Assembly: GCA_016780945.1 (NCBI GenBank)
Contig: JADHKY010000001.1
Span: forward strand, 1 to 35,266
DNA length: 35,266 bases
Origin: Aquiluna sp.
GTDB lineage: Bacteria > Actinomycetota > Actinomycetes > Actinomycetales > Microbacteriaceae
Direction of reading: 5' to 3'
The position numbers were made by a program, and so were the translations under genes. Below the pieces are notes generated by a model, which was not told the DNA's origin, ran no database searches, and worked only from the letters and a program-made list of their open reading frames with translations. Below are positions 17,895 through 28,380 of this stretch, piece after piece (position 1 is the first letter of the stretch; each line of letters begins with the position of its first letter).

Positions 17895-19205
17895 TTGGAA
17901 CTAAAGCTAGATAGCTCAGTCGAATTCACCGCTGAGGCATCAAGGATCTCAAGAACCTTGCTGCCCAGCGGTGTTCGCATTCTGAGCGAGGAGGTTCCAT
18001 CCGCCCCATCGGTTGCGATAGCGGCCTCTGTCGGCGTTGGTTCCCGAGATGAGACCGATGACCACCTCGGGTCAACCCACTTCTTGGAGCACCTTTTGTT
18101 CAAGGGGACTGCAAGACGTTCGGCCAGGGATATCTCGGTTGCATTCGATTCGGTCGGCGGCTCCTCAAACGCCGCTACGGCAAAGGAATACACCAGTTAC
18201 TACGCAAGGGTGCAGAACGCGGCAATGCCGCTGGCACTTGACGTGATTCTCGACATGTTCACCTCAGCCAAGCTCGACCCGGCTGACTTCGAGACCGAGC
18301 GAACCGTGATTCTCGAGGAACTTGCCATGAATGAGGACGATCCTGAGGATGTTGCTCACGAGGCCTTCGCGGATGCCCTGATGCCCAACACTTCCCTCGG
18401 TCGCCCGATTGGCGGCAGCCCTGAGAGCATCAAGGCTGTCACCAGAGACCGCGTCTTCGAGCACTACCTAGAAAATTATTCGCCTAGCTCCCTCGTTATT
18501 ACCGCAGCCGGCGGTCTCAAGCATGAAGAGCTTGTTGAGCTGGTTTCTAAGCAGCTAGCGGAGGTTGGTTGGACCGCTAATGCTGCCCCAATGCCCAGGC
18601 GTCAGCATGGTGCTGCGCGTATTCCCAGCCCGGAGCCGATGAGGCTAATCAAGAAAGACGTGCAGCAGGCGAACGTGCTGCTTGGTCACCAGAGCTTCCA
18701 TGCCATGGATGACCAGCGCTACGCGCTTGGCATCATGAACACCATCCTTGGCGGTGGCATGTCTTCAAGGCTTTACCAGGAGATCCGGGAGGACAGGGGT
18801 CTTGCCTACTCCACCTACTCCTACCAGCACGGATACTCCGATGCCGGATTCTTTGGAATGTATGCCGGATGTAATCCTGAGAATGCCGCACTGGTTGTGG
18901 ATTTGATGCGTCAGGGACTGGACGGCATAGCCCAGTCTGGAGTTACCGACCACGAGTTCGAGTTGGCACTTGGCAACATAACCGGAGGCCTGGCACTGCG
19001 CTTTGAGGGGACACTCTCACGGATGAACAGGCTGATGGGTGCCGAGCTTGGAAGCGGCGAGTGGCTTAGCGTCGAAGAGGTGCTGGAGCGGTTCCGAGCG
19101 GTCACCAAGGAAGAGGTTCAGCAGGTAGCGCAGCGCATCAGCGCGATGCCGCAGACGCTGGTGGCAGTGGGTAGCGCGCTAGATCAGCTTGAAAAGAGAG
19201 CTTGA
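17895..19205 (+). CDS. M16 family (pitrilysin-like) zinc peptidase
   Basis: Inverted zinc motif HFLEH, LGGGMSSRLYQEIRE; lies between pnp and dapB as in other actinobacteria. Confidence 0.93.
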   Translation: MELKLDSSVEFTAEASRISRTLLPSGVRILSEEVPSAPSVAIAASVGVGSRDETDDHLGSTHFLEHLLFKGTARRSARDISVAFDSVGGSSNAATAKEYTSYYARVQNAAMPLALDVILDMFTSAKLDPADFETERTVILEELAMNEDDPEDVAHEAFADALMPNTSLGRPIGGSPESIKAVTRDRVFEHYLENYSPSSLVITAAGGLKHEELVELVSKQLAEVGWTANAAPMPRRQHGAARIPSPEPMRLIKKDVQQANVLLGHQSFHAMDDQRYALGIMNTILGGGMSSRLYQEIREDRGLAYSTYSYQHGYSDAGFFGMYAGCNPENAALVVDLMRQGLDGIAQSGVTDHEFELALGNITGGLALRFEGTLSRMNRLMGAELGSGEWLSVEEVLERFRAVTKEEVQQVAQRISAMPQTLVAVGSALDQLEKRA

Positions 19206-19218
19206 TAGGTTTAGACAC

Positions 19219-19935
19219 ATGATTTCAGTGGCAATCCTTGGCGCCTCAGGGCGAATGGGCCGGCTTACCAAAGACCTGGTAGATGCCGATGCCAATCTAA
19301 AGCTGCACGCCGCCATGGACTCAAGCTCTGCGCCTCAGCAAATGCTTGGGGCTGACGTTGTCATTGACTTCACCAACATAGGCGCCTCCGAGGAGCTTGT
19401 GAGGTTTGCTGTCGAGTCCGGCATGAAGGTCGTGGTCGGAACCTCAGGTTGGTCCGAGGTGAAGCTTGCCGCTATTGAGAAGCTTCTGAATCAGAACCCA
19501 GCGGCTGCGGTTGTGGTCGTGCCTAACTTTTCGATCGGGTCGATGCTGCTGCAGCGCTTTGCCGCTGAGGCTGCCGCCCACTTTGCCTCGATAGAGATCA
19601 TCGAGGCCCACCATGCAGGAAAGCTCGATTCGCCCTCGGGAACGGCCATTAGAACCGCGGAGCAGATTTCGAAGAACCGTGGCTCTCAGCCGCTGATTCC
19701 TGGTGTTGATCAGGAATCCAGGGGAGAGGTGGTGGCAGGAGTGCCAATCCACTCGCTTCGAATGGACGGGGTCAGTGCGAAGCAGGATGTCATTTTTGGA
19801 GGCGACAGTGAGCAGCTGGTGCTGAGCCACGATGTCTCCTCTCACCGTGCCTATTCGGCCGGAATACTTCGGTCAATCGAGTTTGCAGCCAAGTCCAAGG
19901 GCCTGACCATTGGCCTGGAGAATGTTCTTGGCTAA
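19219..19935 (+). CDS. dapB: 4-hydroxy-tetrahydrodipicolinate reductase
   Basis: GASGRMG, DFT, VVGTSG, PNFSIG and EAHHAGKLDSPSGTA motifs. Start ATG 19219 with TAGGTT 7 nt upstream. Confidence 0.95.
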   Translation: MISVAILGASGRMGRLTKDLVDADANLKLHAAMDSSSAPQQMLGADVVIDFTNIGASEELVRFAVESGMKVVVGTSGWSEVKLAAIEKLLNQNPAAAVVVVPNFSIGSMLLQRFAAEAAAHFASIEIIEAHHAGKLDSPSGTAIRTAEQISKNRGSQPLIPGVDQESRGEVVAGVPIHSLRMDGVSAKQDVIFGGDSEQLVLSHDVSSHRAYSAGILRSIEFAAKSKGLTIGLENVLG

Positions 19936-20380
19936 GAGCGCGACCCTCGCCTGGCTTGCAGTAATTGTTTTTCTCACTCTCCTTTACGCATTTGAGCTGG
20001 TGCAGCGCGCGGTAGTGCTAATCGCCGATGGTTCCCCCATTGCTCTTGCCATGGGGCTTGCGATTATCGTGCTGCCACCTTTTGCGGTGGCCTTTGTGCT
20101 CATAGAGATTCGCTTTGGCCTAAATGCGGCAAAGCTGCAGCGCCTAGTTGACGAGGCCGGTCTTGTCTTTGACTATGAGCTTCGCCCCAGCGGCAGGGCT
20201 GTTCGAGAAAGCGCACAGGTTGGTTTTGAGAGATTCAAGCTGCTCGTGAAAGAAAACGAGGAGAACCACCTCTACTGGTTCCTACTCGCAGACGCCTATG
20301 ACAAGATGGGCGACCGCCCAAGGGCCAGAAAGACGGCTAGAAAAGCCTTCCTACTTGCCAAGCAGGCCGGCGCGCTTTAG
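19922..20380 (+). CDS. Hypothetical membrane protein (2 TM plus a C-terminal helical, TPR-like tail)
   Basis: Two hydrophobic segments, RPSGR, then WFLLADAYDKMGDRPRARK. Start uncertain (ATG 19922 or TTG 19928). Confidence 0.75.
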   Translation: MFLAKSATLAWLAVIVFLTLLYAFELVQRAVVLIADGSPIALAMGLAIIVLPPFAVAFVLIEIRFGLNAAKLQRLVDEAGLVFDYELRPSGRAVRESAQVGFERFKLLVKENEENHLYWFLLADAYDKMGDRPRARKTARKAFLLAKQAGAL

Positions 20381-20800
20381 TAGCAAATACATCTGGCAGC
20401 CCAGGCAAAAGGCAAAGAACGCATTCAAGAAGGCAGCCAGGAAAATAAATGCAGCTGCAATGGCCACAACCGTCTCGCTCAAAAGCGCAACTCCAATGCC
20501 GCCAAGAATTGCAAAGCTGAGCCCAACCTTCTGAGCAAACTGGGGAGGCCTTGGGTCTTCAAGTTCGGAGGGCTCTTTGAGTCTGGGCCTGACAAGTTTC
20601 TTGAAAATCAGTTGGTAGGGGTGGCTTGCCGGGGAGAAAACACTCCACAGAAAAGAAGCGAGCAGCACTGCCATAAGGACAAATGCCGCGGTGGTGTTGA
20701 AAACCGCGCCAATGGCAGCGGCGAATGTGCCGAGCGATAACACGCTCGTGATTCCGGCACCGAACCTTGGACCGCGAGGGTCTATAAACTGCACGCTCAT
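20351..20800 (-). CDS. DUF4395 family membrane protein
   Basis: IDPRGPRFGA, EDPRPPQFAQKVG and LNAFFAFCLGC motifs. Confidence 0.85.
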   Translation of the reverse strand: MSVQFIDPRGPRFGAGITSVLSLGTFAAAIGAVFNTTAAFVLMAVLLASFLWSVFSPASHPYQLIFKKLVRPRLKEPSELEDPRPPQFAQKVGLSFAILGGIGVALLSETVVAIAAAFIFLAAFLNAFFAFCLGCQMYLLLKRAGLLGK

Positions 20801-21234
20801 TTCACTCCTAGTTTCTCTAGTTCCTGCATAAGTAGTGGCAGCTTTGGTACGCCACCTACTCGGTAGACGATCTCGCCACTGGGGTTCAGCACGAATATCG
20901 TTGGTGTCTGACTGATGTTGAATTTGGCTGCTATCTCAATTCGCTCTGTGATGTCGACCTCGAGGTGGGAAAGGCCACCTAGTCGATACTCGAGTTGGGC
21001 TAGCTGCCTGCGAACTCCTGGGCACTGACCGCAGTACTCCGTGGAAAACTGCAACAGGGTCGCCTTCTTACCAAGGACATTGGTTGGAACACCGTTCTTG
21101 GTGGCGCCCAGCCTGCCCAGGTCCACCCGCTGCTTGCCAGCCACCTTGTGTCCTCTGCCGTGCAGCAGCCGATAGCTGATTCCGGCCGCGATGGCTGCCA
21201 GCAGCAGCAGGCCAACAAGGGTTAGGGAATCCAC
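20797..21234 (-). CDS. Thioredoxin-like protein with an N-terminal hydrophobic anchor
   Basis: LLQFSTEYCGQC active site and cis-Pro motif QTPT; ATGA overlap with the DUF4395 gene; TAACCT 6 nt before the GTG. Confidence 0.88.
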   Translation of the reverse strand: MDSLTLVGLLLLAAIAAGISYRLLHGRGHKVAGKQRVDLGRLGATKNGVPTNVLGKKATLLQFSTEYCGQCPGVRRQLAQLEYRLGGLSHLEVDITERIEIAAKFNISQTPTIFVLNPSGEIVYRVGGVPKLPLLMQELEKLGVK

Positions 21235-21314
21235 CGTGCAAGGTTAAGCGAAAAGGGAGGTAGAGGGCGGAGTGTTGCGCTTTTTTACATCTAGCTAGCT
21301 TTAGGCTTGCTCGG

Positions 21315-22043
21315 ATGAGTGAGATTGAATTTAGATCCGATGTGACCGTTGAGCTGGTGCGCTCCAGCGCTCAGGATGCCGATGTGCTTTTTGCCGCCAG
21401 GGTTTCCACCCAGGGTGAGCAGACTCTAGAGAGCGCAAAGGTTATTGACGCTGAGATTGAGAAGCGCGATAAGGGCCTAATCAACTACCTGATGCGTGAC
21501 CGCCACGGCTCACCATTTGAGCACAACTCGATGACCTTCTATGTCCAGGCTCCAATCTTTGTCTTCCGCGAATTCATGCGGCACCGCATCGCAAGTTACA
21601 ACGAGGAGTCTGGTCGCTACCGCGAACTCCGTCCGGTTTTCTATGTCCCGGGACCCGAGCGCAAGCTGATTCAGGTTGGAAAGCCGGGAGCCTACGAGTT
21701 TGAGGACGGCACCGCCGAGCAAACAGCACTGGTTGAAAAGGAGACTATGGCGGTCACCAGGGCTGCATATGAGTCATATCAGCGCATGCTCGAGGCAGGT
21801 GTTGCCAGAGAGGTCGCGAGAATCGTGTTGCCGCTAAACATCTATTCGTCGATGTATGTCACGATGAACGCCAGGTCACTGATGAACTTCCTCTCCCTGC
21901 GGACCAAGCGCGAGGGTACCCACTTCCCCTCCTTCCCGCAGCGTGAGATTGAGATGGTTGCGGAAAAGATGGAGGAGGCCTGGGCCAAGCTCATGCCGCT
22001 TAGCTACGAGACGTTCAACGAGAACGGTCGGGTAGCCCCATAG
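21315..22043 (+). CDS. thyX: FAD-dependent thymidylate synthase
   Basis: HGSPFEH and the ThyX motif RHRIASYNEESGRY. Confidence 0.97.
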   Translation: MSEIEFRSDVTVELVRSSAQDADVLFAARVSTQGEQTLESAKVIDAEIEKRDKGLINYLMRDRHGSPFEHNSMTFYVQAPIFVFREFMRHRIASYNEESGRYRELRPVFYVPGPERKLIQVGKPGAYEFEDGTAEQTALVEKETMAVTRAAYESYQRMLEAGVAREVARIVLPLNIYSSMYVTMNARSLMNFLSLRTKREGTHFPSFPQREIEMVAEKMEEAWAKLMPLSYETFNENGRVAP

Positions 22044-22076
22044 TCTTTCGGCCTGCGATTTCGCTAGGCTAGCCGG

Positions 22077-23057
22077 ATGGTTACTCAAGAGCCCGACGTC
22101 TTCGGCCAGGTGCTGGTCGCACTTGTCACGCCCATGAATCACGAGGGCGAAGTTGACTGGGATGCTACTGAGAAGCACATCGACTATGTGATTTCGGCTG
22201 GTGCCGATGGCGTGGTCGTCACTGGCACCACAGGCGAGACGTCTACCCTGACCGATGCCGAGAAGATCAAACTGGTTGAGGTTGGTAAGTCGGTCTCCGC
22301 CGGCAGGGCCAAGATAATCACCGGTGGTGGCTCTAACGAGACTGCTCACGCAATTCAGCTCTACAAGGCCAGCGAAAAGGCCGGTGCTGATGGCGTGATG
22401 GTGGTAACCCCCTACTACAACAAGCCAACCCAGGCCGGCATCCTCACACACTTCAGGCTGATAGCGGATGCTACCGACCTCCCAGTGATTCTCTACGACA
22501 TCCCTGGGCGCACTGGTGTGCCGATCTCACATGACACCTTCCACAGGGCGGCCAAGCACCCAAACATCGTTGCCATCAAGGATGCCAAGGGTGATCTTGC
22601 CCAAACCTCTAGGTTGCTACTCGAGACCGGGCTGATGTATTTCTCGGGAGATGACTCAAACGTTCTGCCTCACCTTTCTCTGGGGGCAACGGGACTAATT
22701 GGAGTGACTGCAAACATCGCACCGCATGCCTATCGGGCCATGGTCGATGCGACAAATGCCAATGACTTCCGCGCGGCGCTCGCGGTCCATAACGCCCTCG
22801 AGCCGCTGCAGCGGGCCATCATGACCCACGTCCCAGGAACTGTTGCGGCGAAGTATGTGCTGCACGGACTTGGCAAGATTTCTTCGCCAAGGGTGAGGTT
22901 GCCTCTTGTCGGACCCGAGGACCATGAGGCTGCTCTGATTGAGGGCGGAATCGACCAGGTGAACAAGGTTCCGGGCGTTAGCTTTGACAATTTCAGGCCG
23001 GACCGCAATGCGGCTGCCGGTGGCGCCCTCCCCAAGGTCGCCGGAACTACTCGCTAG
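22077..23057 (+). CDS. dapA: 4-hydroxy-tetrahydrodipicolinate synthase
   Basis: GTTGE, PYYNKP, LYDIPGRTG and IKDAKG motifs. Confidence 0.96.
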   Translation: MVTQEPDVFGQVLVALVTPMNHEGEVDWDATEKHIDYVISAGADGVVVTGTTGETSTLTDAEKIKLVEVGKSVSAGRAKIITGGGSNETAHAIQLYKASEKAGADGVMVVTPYYNKPTQAGILTHFRLIADATDLPVILYDIPGRTGVPISHDTFHRAAKHPNIVAIKDAKGDLAQTSRLLLETGLMYFSGDDSNVLPHLSLGATGLIGVTANIAPHAYRAMVDATNANDFRAALAVHNALEPLQRAIMTHVPGTVAAKYVLHGLGKISSPRVRLPLVGPEDHEAALIEGGIDQVNKVPGVSFDNFRPDRNAAAGGALPKVAGTTR

Positions 23058-24739
23058 TGGAAATTAGCCAGCCCCCAGCGCTAAAACCTGGAGTCCTGCG
23101 CGTCATACCGCTCGGGGGGCTTGGCGAAATCGGCCGCAACATGAGTGTCTTCGAGCTCGATGAGAAGATTCTGATTGTCGATTGCGGAGTGCTTTTCCCG
23201 GAGGAGACTCAGCCCGGTGTTGACCTAATTCTTCCGGATCTTGGCTATCTAGAAGACAAGCTAGATCGCATCATCGGCATGGTGCTCACGCACGGTCACG
23301 AGGACCACATTGGCGGCGTTCCCTACCTGCTAAGGATGAGAAGCGACATTCCCATCATGGGCTCGCAGCTGACCCTGGCACTTATTGAGAGCAAGCTCAA
23401 AGAGCATCGAATTAACCCCTTCACCCACACCGTCAAGGAGGGGATGAGGGAGCAGGTTGGACCGTTCAATCTCGAGTTTCTTGCCGTAAATCACTCGATT
23501 CCAGACTCACTGGCCGTTGTGATTCGCAGCGCTGCCGGAAGCATTCTTGCAACAGGTGACTTCAAGATGGACCAGCTGCCCCTGGATGGTCGGGTTACTG
23601 ACCTTCGCGGCTTCGCACGCATCGGCGAGGAGGGACTCGACCTTTTCATGGTCGATAGCACTAATGCCGATGTCCCAGGTTTCACCCCGCTCGAGCGGGA
23701 GATTGGGCCGGTCATCGAGTCGGTGATTGCGAAGACCCGTGGAAAGGTCGTGGTGGCATCGTTTGCCTCCCATGTCCACCGGGTTCAGCAGGTAATCGAC
23801 GCTGCGATCGCCAATGGTCGCAAGGTGGTCTTTGTTGGTCGCAGCATGGTCAAGAACATGGGCATCGCCTCCGAGCTTGGCTATCTGAATGTCCCATCTG
23901 ATGCCGTTGTCGAGCTCAACGAGAGTGAGCGCATCCCTGACAACCAGCTCGTCTTTATGTCCACGGGGTCGCAAGGCGAGCCAATGGCCGTGCTCTCAAG
24001 AATTGCCAACAGTGACCACCGAATCTCGATTGGTGAGCGCGACACTGTCTTGCTCGCGAGCTCTTTGATACCCGGCAATGAGAATGCGGTCTACAGGGTC
24101 ATCGATGGCCTCACCAAGCTCGGGGCCAACGTCGTTCACAAGGGCAATGCGAAGGTTCACGTCTCCGGCCACAGCGCAGCCGGAGAACTCCTCTACTGCT
24201 ACAACATCTTGCGCCCGCGCAACGTCTTGCCGATTCACGGCGAGTATCGTCACCTAACCGCAAATGCCAAGCTTGCGATTCAGACCGGCGTGAATCCCGA
24301 GCAGGTGCTTATTGCAGAGGATGGTGCGGTAATTGACCTTGTGGACTCGGTGGCCCGGATTGTTGGCAGGGTGCCGTGTGACATGCTCTACGTCGATGGC
24401 AAGACGGTGGGCAAGATCACCGAGGAGGACCTCCGCGACCGAATGATTTTGGCTGCAGAGGGTTTCATCTCCATCTTTGCCGTAGTGGATAAGCAGACCG
24501 GAAGAGTGGTTGAGGGTCCCGAGATTAGGGCCCGCGCCTATGCCGAAGAGGACCACGTCTTCGATGACATCGTTCCCGCTATTGAGAGAGCGCTAGCGGA
24601 TGCTGCCAATGACGGTGTTCGAGACAGCTATCAGCTGCAGCAGGTTATTCGCAAAACGGTCGGTTCTTGGGTGGCCAAAGCTCATCGTCGCAAGCCGATG
24701 ATTATCCCAATCGTTGTCTACTCCTCCCGCCCTGCCTAA
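23057..24739 (+). CDS. rnj: Ribonuclease J
   Basis: PLGGLGEIGRNM, THGHEDHIG, TGSQGEP and HVSGH motifs. Confidence 0.97.
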   Translation: MEISQPPALKPGVLRVIPLGGLGEIGRNMSVFELDEKILIVDCGVLFPEETQPGVDLILPDLGYLEDKLDRIIGMVLTHGHEDHIGGVPYLLRMRSDIPIMGSQLTLALIESKLKEHRINPFTHTVKEGMREQVGPFNLEFLAVNHSIPDSLAVVIRSAAGSILATGDFKMDQLPLDGRVTDLRGFARIGEEGLDLFMVDSTNADVPGFTPLEREIGPVIESVIAKTRGKVVVASFASHVHRVQQVIDAAIANGRKVVFVGRSMVKNMGIASELGYLNVPSDAVVELNESERIPDNQLVFMSTGSQGEPMAVLSRIANSDHRISIGERDTVLLASSLIPGNENAVYRVIDGLTKLGANVVHKGNAKVHVSGHSAAGELLYCYNILRPRNVLPIHGEYRHLTANAKLAIQTGVNPEQVLIAEDGAVIDLVDSVARIVGRVPCDMLYVDGKTVGKITEEDLRDRMILAAEGFISIFAVVDKQTGRVVEGPEIRARAYAEEDHVFDDIVPAIERALADAANDGVRDSYQLQQVIRKTVGSWVAKAHRRKPMIIPIVVYSSRPA

Positions 24740-24774
24740 CGGGTAAAAGGCCAATGGCTTGCTAGCTTTTTGGC

Positions 24775-27285
24775 ATGGCTGCAAAGACCCCACCACCAAG
24801 ACGGCCGGGTGGAAAGAAACCCTCGCGCCCGGCTCAGTCGAAGGCTGCGCAGCCCAGGGAGAAAAAGAGCGCAAGGCCCGAGGTGTGGCCAATGTTTACC
24901 AAGGGTTACATGGCGCTGGCTCACGGCCTCGGGGGAGTGGTTCGGGCCTTTAGCACGGAGCGTCTGGCGGAAAATGACCGCCGAGATGGGGCTCCGTTTT
25001 TCCTTTTTTTACTGAGTATCCTCGGTGCTGCCTTCGCCTGGTTTTTGATTAATGAAACCTGGGCAACATTTATTCACCAGTACAGCTTTGGGATGCTGTT
25101 CGGACTTGTTAGTTTTTCGCTACCGGTGATTTTCTTCGCCTACTCACTGTTTTTGTTTCGGCACCCCGCATCGATTCGTGATGGCTCTAGGTTCGCCCTT
25201 GGTTTCTGGCTTTTTCTCTCGGTCATCTCAGGCTTCTTCCACGTCTTTCTGGGCAGCCCGTCGCCTCAGGATGGTGTGCCGCAGCTTGCCGAGGCAGGCG
25301 GACTGTTTGGCTGGTTGGTGGGCGGACCTCTTCTGACGCTTCTCACCATCTGGGGAGCTGTACCCGCGCTCGTCGTTTTGGCAGCTTCATCGGTGTTGAT
25401 CATGACCGGAACCCCACCCAATCGAATCAAAGCGCGACTGGGCGAGCTCTATCGCTTCCTGTTCAACGTCTCAAGCCCAGAGCTTGCCAGCGACGGGTTT
25501 GACGGTAAGAAGTCAAAGTGGTGGCAATCCAATAAGTCCTCAGACAGTGCCTTTGAGACTCCGGTGGTGGATATCCCCGAGTTTGTTGCAGAGGATCTCG
25601 AAGAGCCACCTCTTGAGGATCTCCCGGAGGTCGATGTTGCTGAGCCGGAGGTGGACCTTGAGTTCATGCATGGCGAAGAGGGCCTGACAGAGCCGATTGA
25701 CATTCCGCCACCTAAGTCAAAGCGGCCCTACGTTCTTCCCGCAATCGGGCTACTGGGTGCTGGCACTCCCGCCAAGGCAAAGAGCGGGGCGAACACGCAG
25801 GTGGCTGCAGCGATTGACGAGGTCTTCAAAGAGTTCGACATTCAGGCAAAAGTTTCCGGCTTCCAGCGCGGACCTACGGTAACCCGCTACGAGGTGGAGT
25901 TGGCTCCAGGAGTCAAGGTAGAGGCCGTCACCAGGCTCACCAACAACATCTCCTACGCGGTCGCTTCAAACGAGGTCAGGATCCTCTCTCCAATTCCTGG
26001 TAAGAGCGCCATTGGCATCGAGATTCCAAACTCCGATCGCGAGACTGTCTCCCTGGGTGATGTCTTGCGCAGCAAGAATTCCACCGGCAGCACCCACCCA
26101 CTGACCATTGGCGTCGGTAAGGATGTCGAGGGGGGTTACCTGGTTGCCAACCTTGCCAAGATGCCGCACCTTTTGGTTGCAGGTGCAACCGGCGCTGGTA
26201 AGTCGAGTTTCGTGAACTCGATGATCACCTCAATCCTGATGCGCGCCACCCCGGCTGAGGTTCGAATGGTGCTGGTGGATCCAAAGCGTGTTGAGCTAAG
26301 CGCCTATCAGGGCGTTCCCCACCTGGTCACTCCAATTATCACCAGCCCCAAAAAGGCCGCTGAGGCCCTGCAGTGGGTGGTGAAGGAGATGGACTCTCGC
26401 TATGACGATCTGGCATCCTTTGGTTTCAAGCACATTGATGACTTCAACCGGGCCGTAGTTGCTGGCGAGATTTCGGTTCCCGAGAACTCCATGCGGGAGC
26501 TTCAGCCCTACCCCTACCTACTGGTGGTGGTGGATGAGCTAGCGGATCTAATGATCGTCGCTCCAAGAGACGTCGAGGATGCGATCGTAAGAATCACCCA
26601 GCTTGCCAGGGCCAGCGGAATTCACCTGGTGCTTGCCACGCAGCGGCCGTCGGTGGATGTTGTCACCGGTTTGATCAAGGCAAACGTTCCCTCGAGGCTT
26701 GCCTTCAGCGTTTCCTCAGTAACCGACTCTCGAGTTATTTTGGACCAGCCAGGAGCTGAGAAGCTGGTTGGACAGGGTGATGCGCTCTTTGCCCCGATGG
26801 GCTCCAATAAGCCGGTGAGGGTTCAGGGAGCCTGGGTCTCAGAGGCGGAAATGGCAAAGGTCGTCTCGCACGTCAAGCAGCAGATGGAACCCGAGTATCG
26901 CTCCGACGTTACGGTTACATCTCAGAGCAAAGTGGTTGACAGCGATATCGGTGATGATCTGGAGCTGCTTCTTGCCGCTTGCGATCTGGTGGTGAACTCG
27001 CAGTTTGGCTCAACCTCGATGCTGCAGCGCAAACTCCGCGTCGGTTTCGCAAAGGCCGGCAGGCTGATGGATCTGCTCGAGTCGAGGGCAGTGGTTGGTC
27101 CATCTGAGGGATCGAAGGCCAGAGAGGTTCTCGTAAAGCCTGAGGACCTTGCGGATACTCTTGCCAAGATTTCCGGCCAGACCACCGCCGCCGTCGAGGG
27201 TGATGTTGCGCCACAAACCTCAACAGGGGAAGATAGCGACGATGAAGACGCGTGGCAGCTCACCGGCAGAAGAGATGACTTCTAG
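24775..27285 (+). CDS. ftsK: DNA translocase FtsK
   Basis: N-terminal TM domain, [29 protein letters not shown] and a gamma domain ([13 protein letters not shown]). Confidence 0.97.
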   Translation: MAAKTPPPRRPGGKKPSRPAQSKAAQPREKKSARPEVWPMFTKGYMALAHGLGGVVRAFSTERLAENDRRDGAPFFLFLLSILGAAFAWFLINETWATFIHQYSFGMLFGLVSFSLPVIFFAYSLFLFRHPASIRDGSRFALGFWLFLSVISGFFHVFLGSPSPQDGVPQLAEAGGLFGWLVGGPLLTLLTIWGAVPALVVLAASSVLIMTGTPPNRIKARLGELYRFLFNVSSPELASDGFDGKKSKWWQSNKSSDSAFETPVVDIPEFVAEDLEEPPLEDLPEVDVAEPEVDLEFMHGEEGLTEPIDIPPPKSKRPYVLPAIGLLGAGTPAKAKSGANTQVAAAIDEVFKEFDIQAKVSGFQRGPTVTRYEVELAPGVKVEAVTRLTNNISYAVASNEVRILSPIPGKSAIGIEIPNSDRETVSLGDVLRSKNSTGSTHPLTIGVGKDVEGGYLVANLAKMPHLLVAGATGAGKSSFVNSMITSILMRATPAEVRMVLVDPKRVELSAYQGVPHLVTPIITSPKKAAEALQWVVKEMDSRYDDLASFGFKHIDDFNRAVVAGEISVPENSMRELQPYPYLLVVVDELADLMIVAPRDVEDAIVRITQLARASGIHLVLATQRPSVDVVTGLIKANVPSRLAFSVSSVTDSRVILDQPGAEKLVGQGDALFAPMGSNKPVRVQGAWVSEAEMAKVVSHVKQQMEPEYRSDVTVTSQSKVVDSDIGDDLELLLAACDLVVNSQFGSTSMLQRKLRVGFAKAGRLMDLLESRAVVGPSEGSKAREVLVKPEDLADTLAKISGQTTAAVEGDVAPQTSTGEDSDDEDAWQLTGRRDDF

Positions 27286-27823
27286 AGGCTTTCTCTACCG
27301 CCAAACCCCGAACCTAATAACTGGTGCGCGGATTGCGCTGGTTCCTCTCGTGCTTTGGATGCTCTTTGAATACTGGGAGAACCCATGGGGCAGATTCTTT
27401 GCGATGCTGCTGCTGATTGCCGCAGCCTCGACAGACGGCCTAGATGGCTCCATCGCGAGGCGCCGCAATCTGATAACCAACCTCGGCAAGATTCTTGACC
27501 CAATTGCGGACAAGGCGCTTTTGTCGGGAGCGCTCATCGTGCTGTCGATTTTGGGTGCAGTTCCATGGGTGGCGACGCTCATCATTCTCGGTCGTGAGCT
27601 CGGCATTACTCTCTATCGACTGGTTGTGATCAAGAAGCAGGTGCTAGGAGCATCTGGCTGGGGCAAGTTCAAGACCGTCATGCAGATAGTGGCAATCTGC
27701 ATGGTGATAGCTCCCTTTGGGTTTCTGGGGGCATGGTTTGGCTGGCTCACCCAGATAGTGCTCTGGTTTACCGTCGCCCTCACCGTCTATACGGGTGTGC
27801 AGTATCTGGTTCCCAAGAAATGA
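27275..27823 (+). CDS. pgsA: CDP-diacylglycerol--glycerol-3-phosphate 3-phosphatidyltransferase
   Basis: PNLIT, and the CDP-alcohol phosphotransferase motif [11 protein letters not shown]...[11 protein letters not shown]. Start moved to ATG 27275. Confidence 0.92.
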   Translation: MTSRGFLYRQTPNLITGARIALVPLVLWMLFEYWENPWGRFFAMLLLIAAASTDGLDGSIARRRNLITNLGKILDPIADKALLSGALIVLSILGAVPWVATLIILGRELGITLYRLVVIKKQVLGASGWGKFKTVMQIVAICMVIAPFGFLGAWFGWLTQIVLWFTVALTVYTGVQYLVPKK

Positions 27824-28299
27824 TTATTGAGACGGCCCTCGCGAAGGGGCTCCACATCGCAACTGCTGAATCAATTACCGGAGGTGCGGTGAGTGCGAGG
27901 CTCGCTCAGACGCCGGGAGCCTCAAAGGTTTTGCTTGGGGGAATTACTGCCTACCAAGATCAGATCAAGTCGCAGCTGGTCGGAGCCTCCAGCCAGCTGA
28001 TTGCTCAGCAGAGTGCTGTGGATGCCGAGGTCTGTGCCCAGCTTGCAGAGGGCGTTCGATCGAGGTTTGCAGGGGCAATGGGGCTTTCAGAAAGCGATGT
28101 CATCGGAATCTCAACCACTGGGGTGGCCGGTCCAGATTCGGTTTCGGGTAAAAGCGTTGGCGAGGTGTTTATCGGCATCTCCTCAAAAGCTGGGGTGAAG
28201 GTCTTCTCAGAGAACTTTGCAGGAGATCGGCTCGAAATTATCGAGGCAACTATTCGAAGATGCGAGGAAATCCTGCTGGAAGAAATTGCGCTTTGTTGA
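27820..28299 (+). CDS. cinA: CinA C-terminal domain protein (PncC, NMN deamidase-like)
   Basis: ATAESITGG, PGASK and STTGVAGP motifs; ATGA overlap with pgsA. Confidence 0.88.
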   Translation: MIIETALAKGLHIATAESITGGAVSARLAQTPGASKVLLGGITAYQDQIKSQLVGASSQLIAQQSAVDAEVCAQLAEGVRSRFAGAMGLSESDVIGISTTGVAGPDSVSGKSVGEVFIGISSKAGVKVFSENFAGDRLEIIEATIRRCEEILLEEIALC

Positions 28300-28339
28300 G
28301 GTTTAGCTTCAGGAAACACTCAGTAACCAGCATTATTCT

Positions 28340-28362
28340 TTGTCACATCCAGAGGGTAAGTT
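28340..28362 (+). promoter_or_regulatory. RecA-NDp/PafBC-like promoter before the clgR-like gene
   Basis: TTGTCA catccagaggg TAAGTT, i.e. TGTC-N12-TANNNT. Confidence 0.4.
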
Positions 28363-28380
28363 AGAGGGCCAGGAGGAAAC

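Noticed and set aside
17543-18193. 216-aa antisense ORF across pnp and the M16 peptidase
   Set aside because: Ser-rich mirror of two in-register real genes, with no independent signals.
27149-27274. N-terminal extensions in the ORF track for pgsA (and likewise rseP, infB, dapB, cinA)
   Set aside because: Most run into the upstream gene, and the infB one runs into its leader. Downstream starts fit homologous N-termini and the SD, -10 or ATGA signals.
28312-28340. GGAAAC as an ECF (SigH/SigE-type) -35 before the clgR-like gene
   Set aside because: No GTT at the expected spacing.
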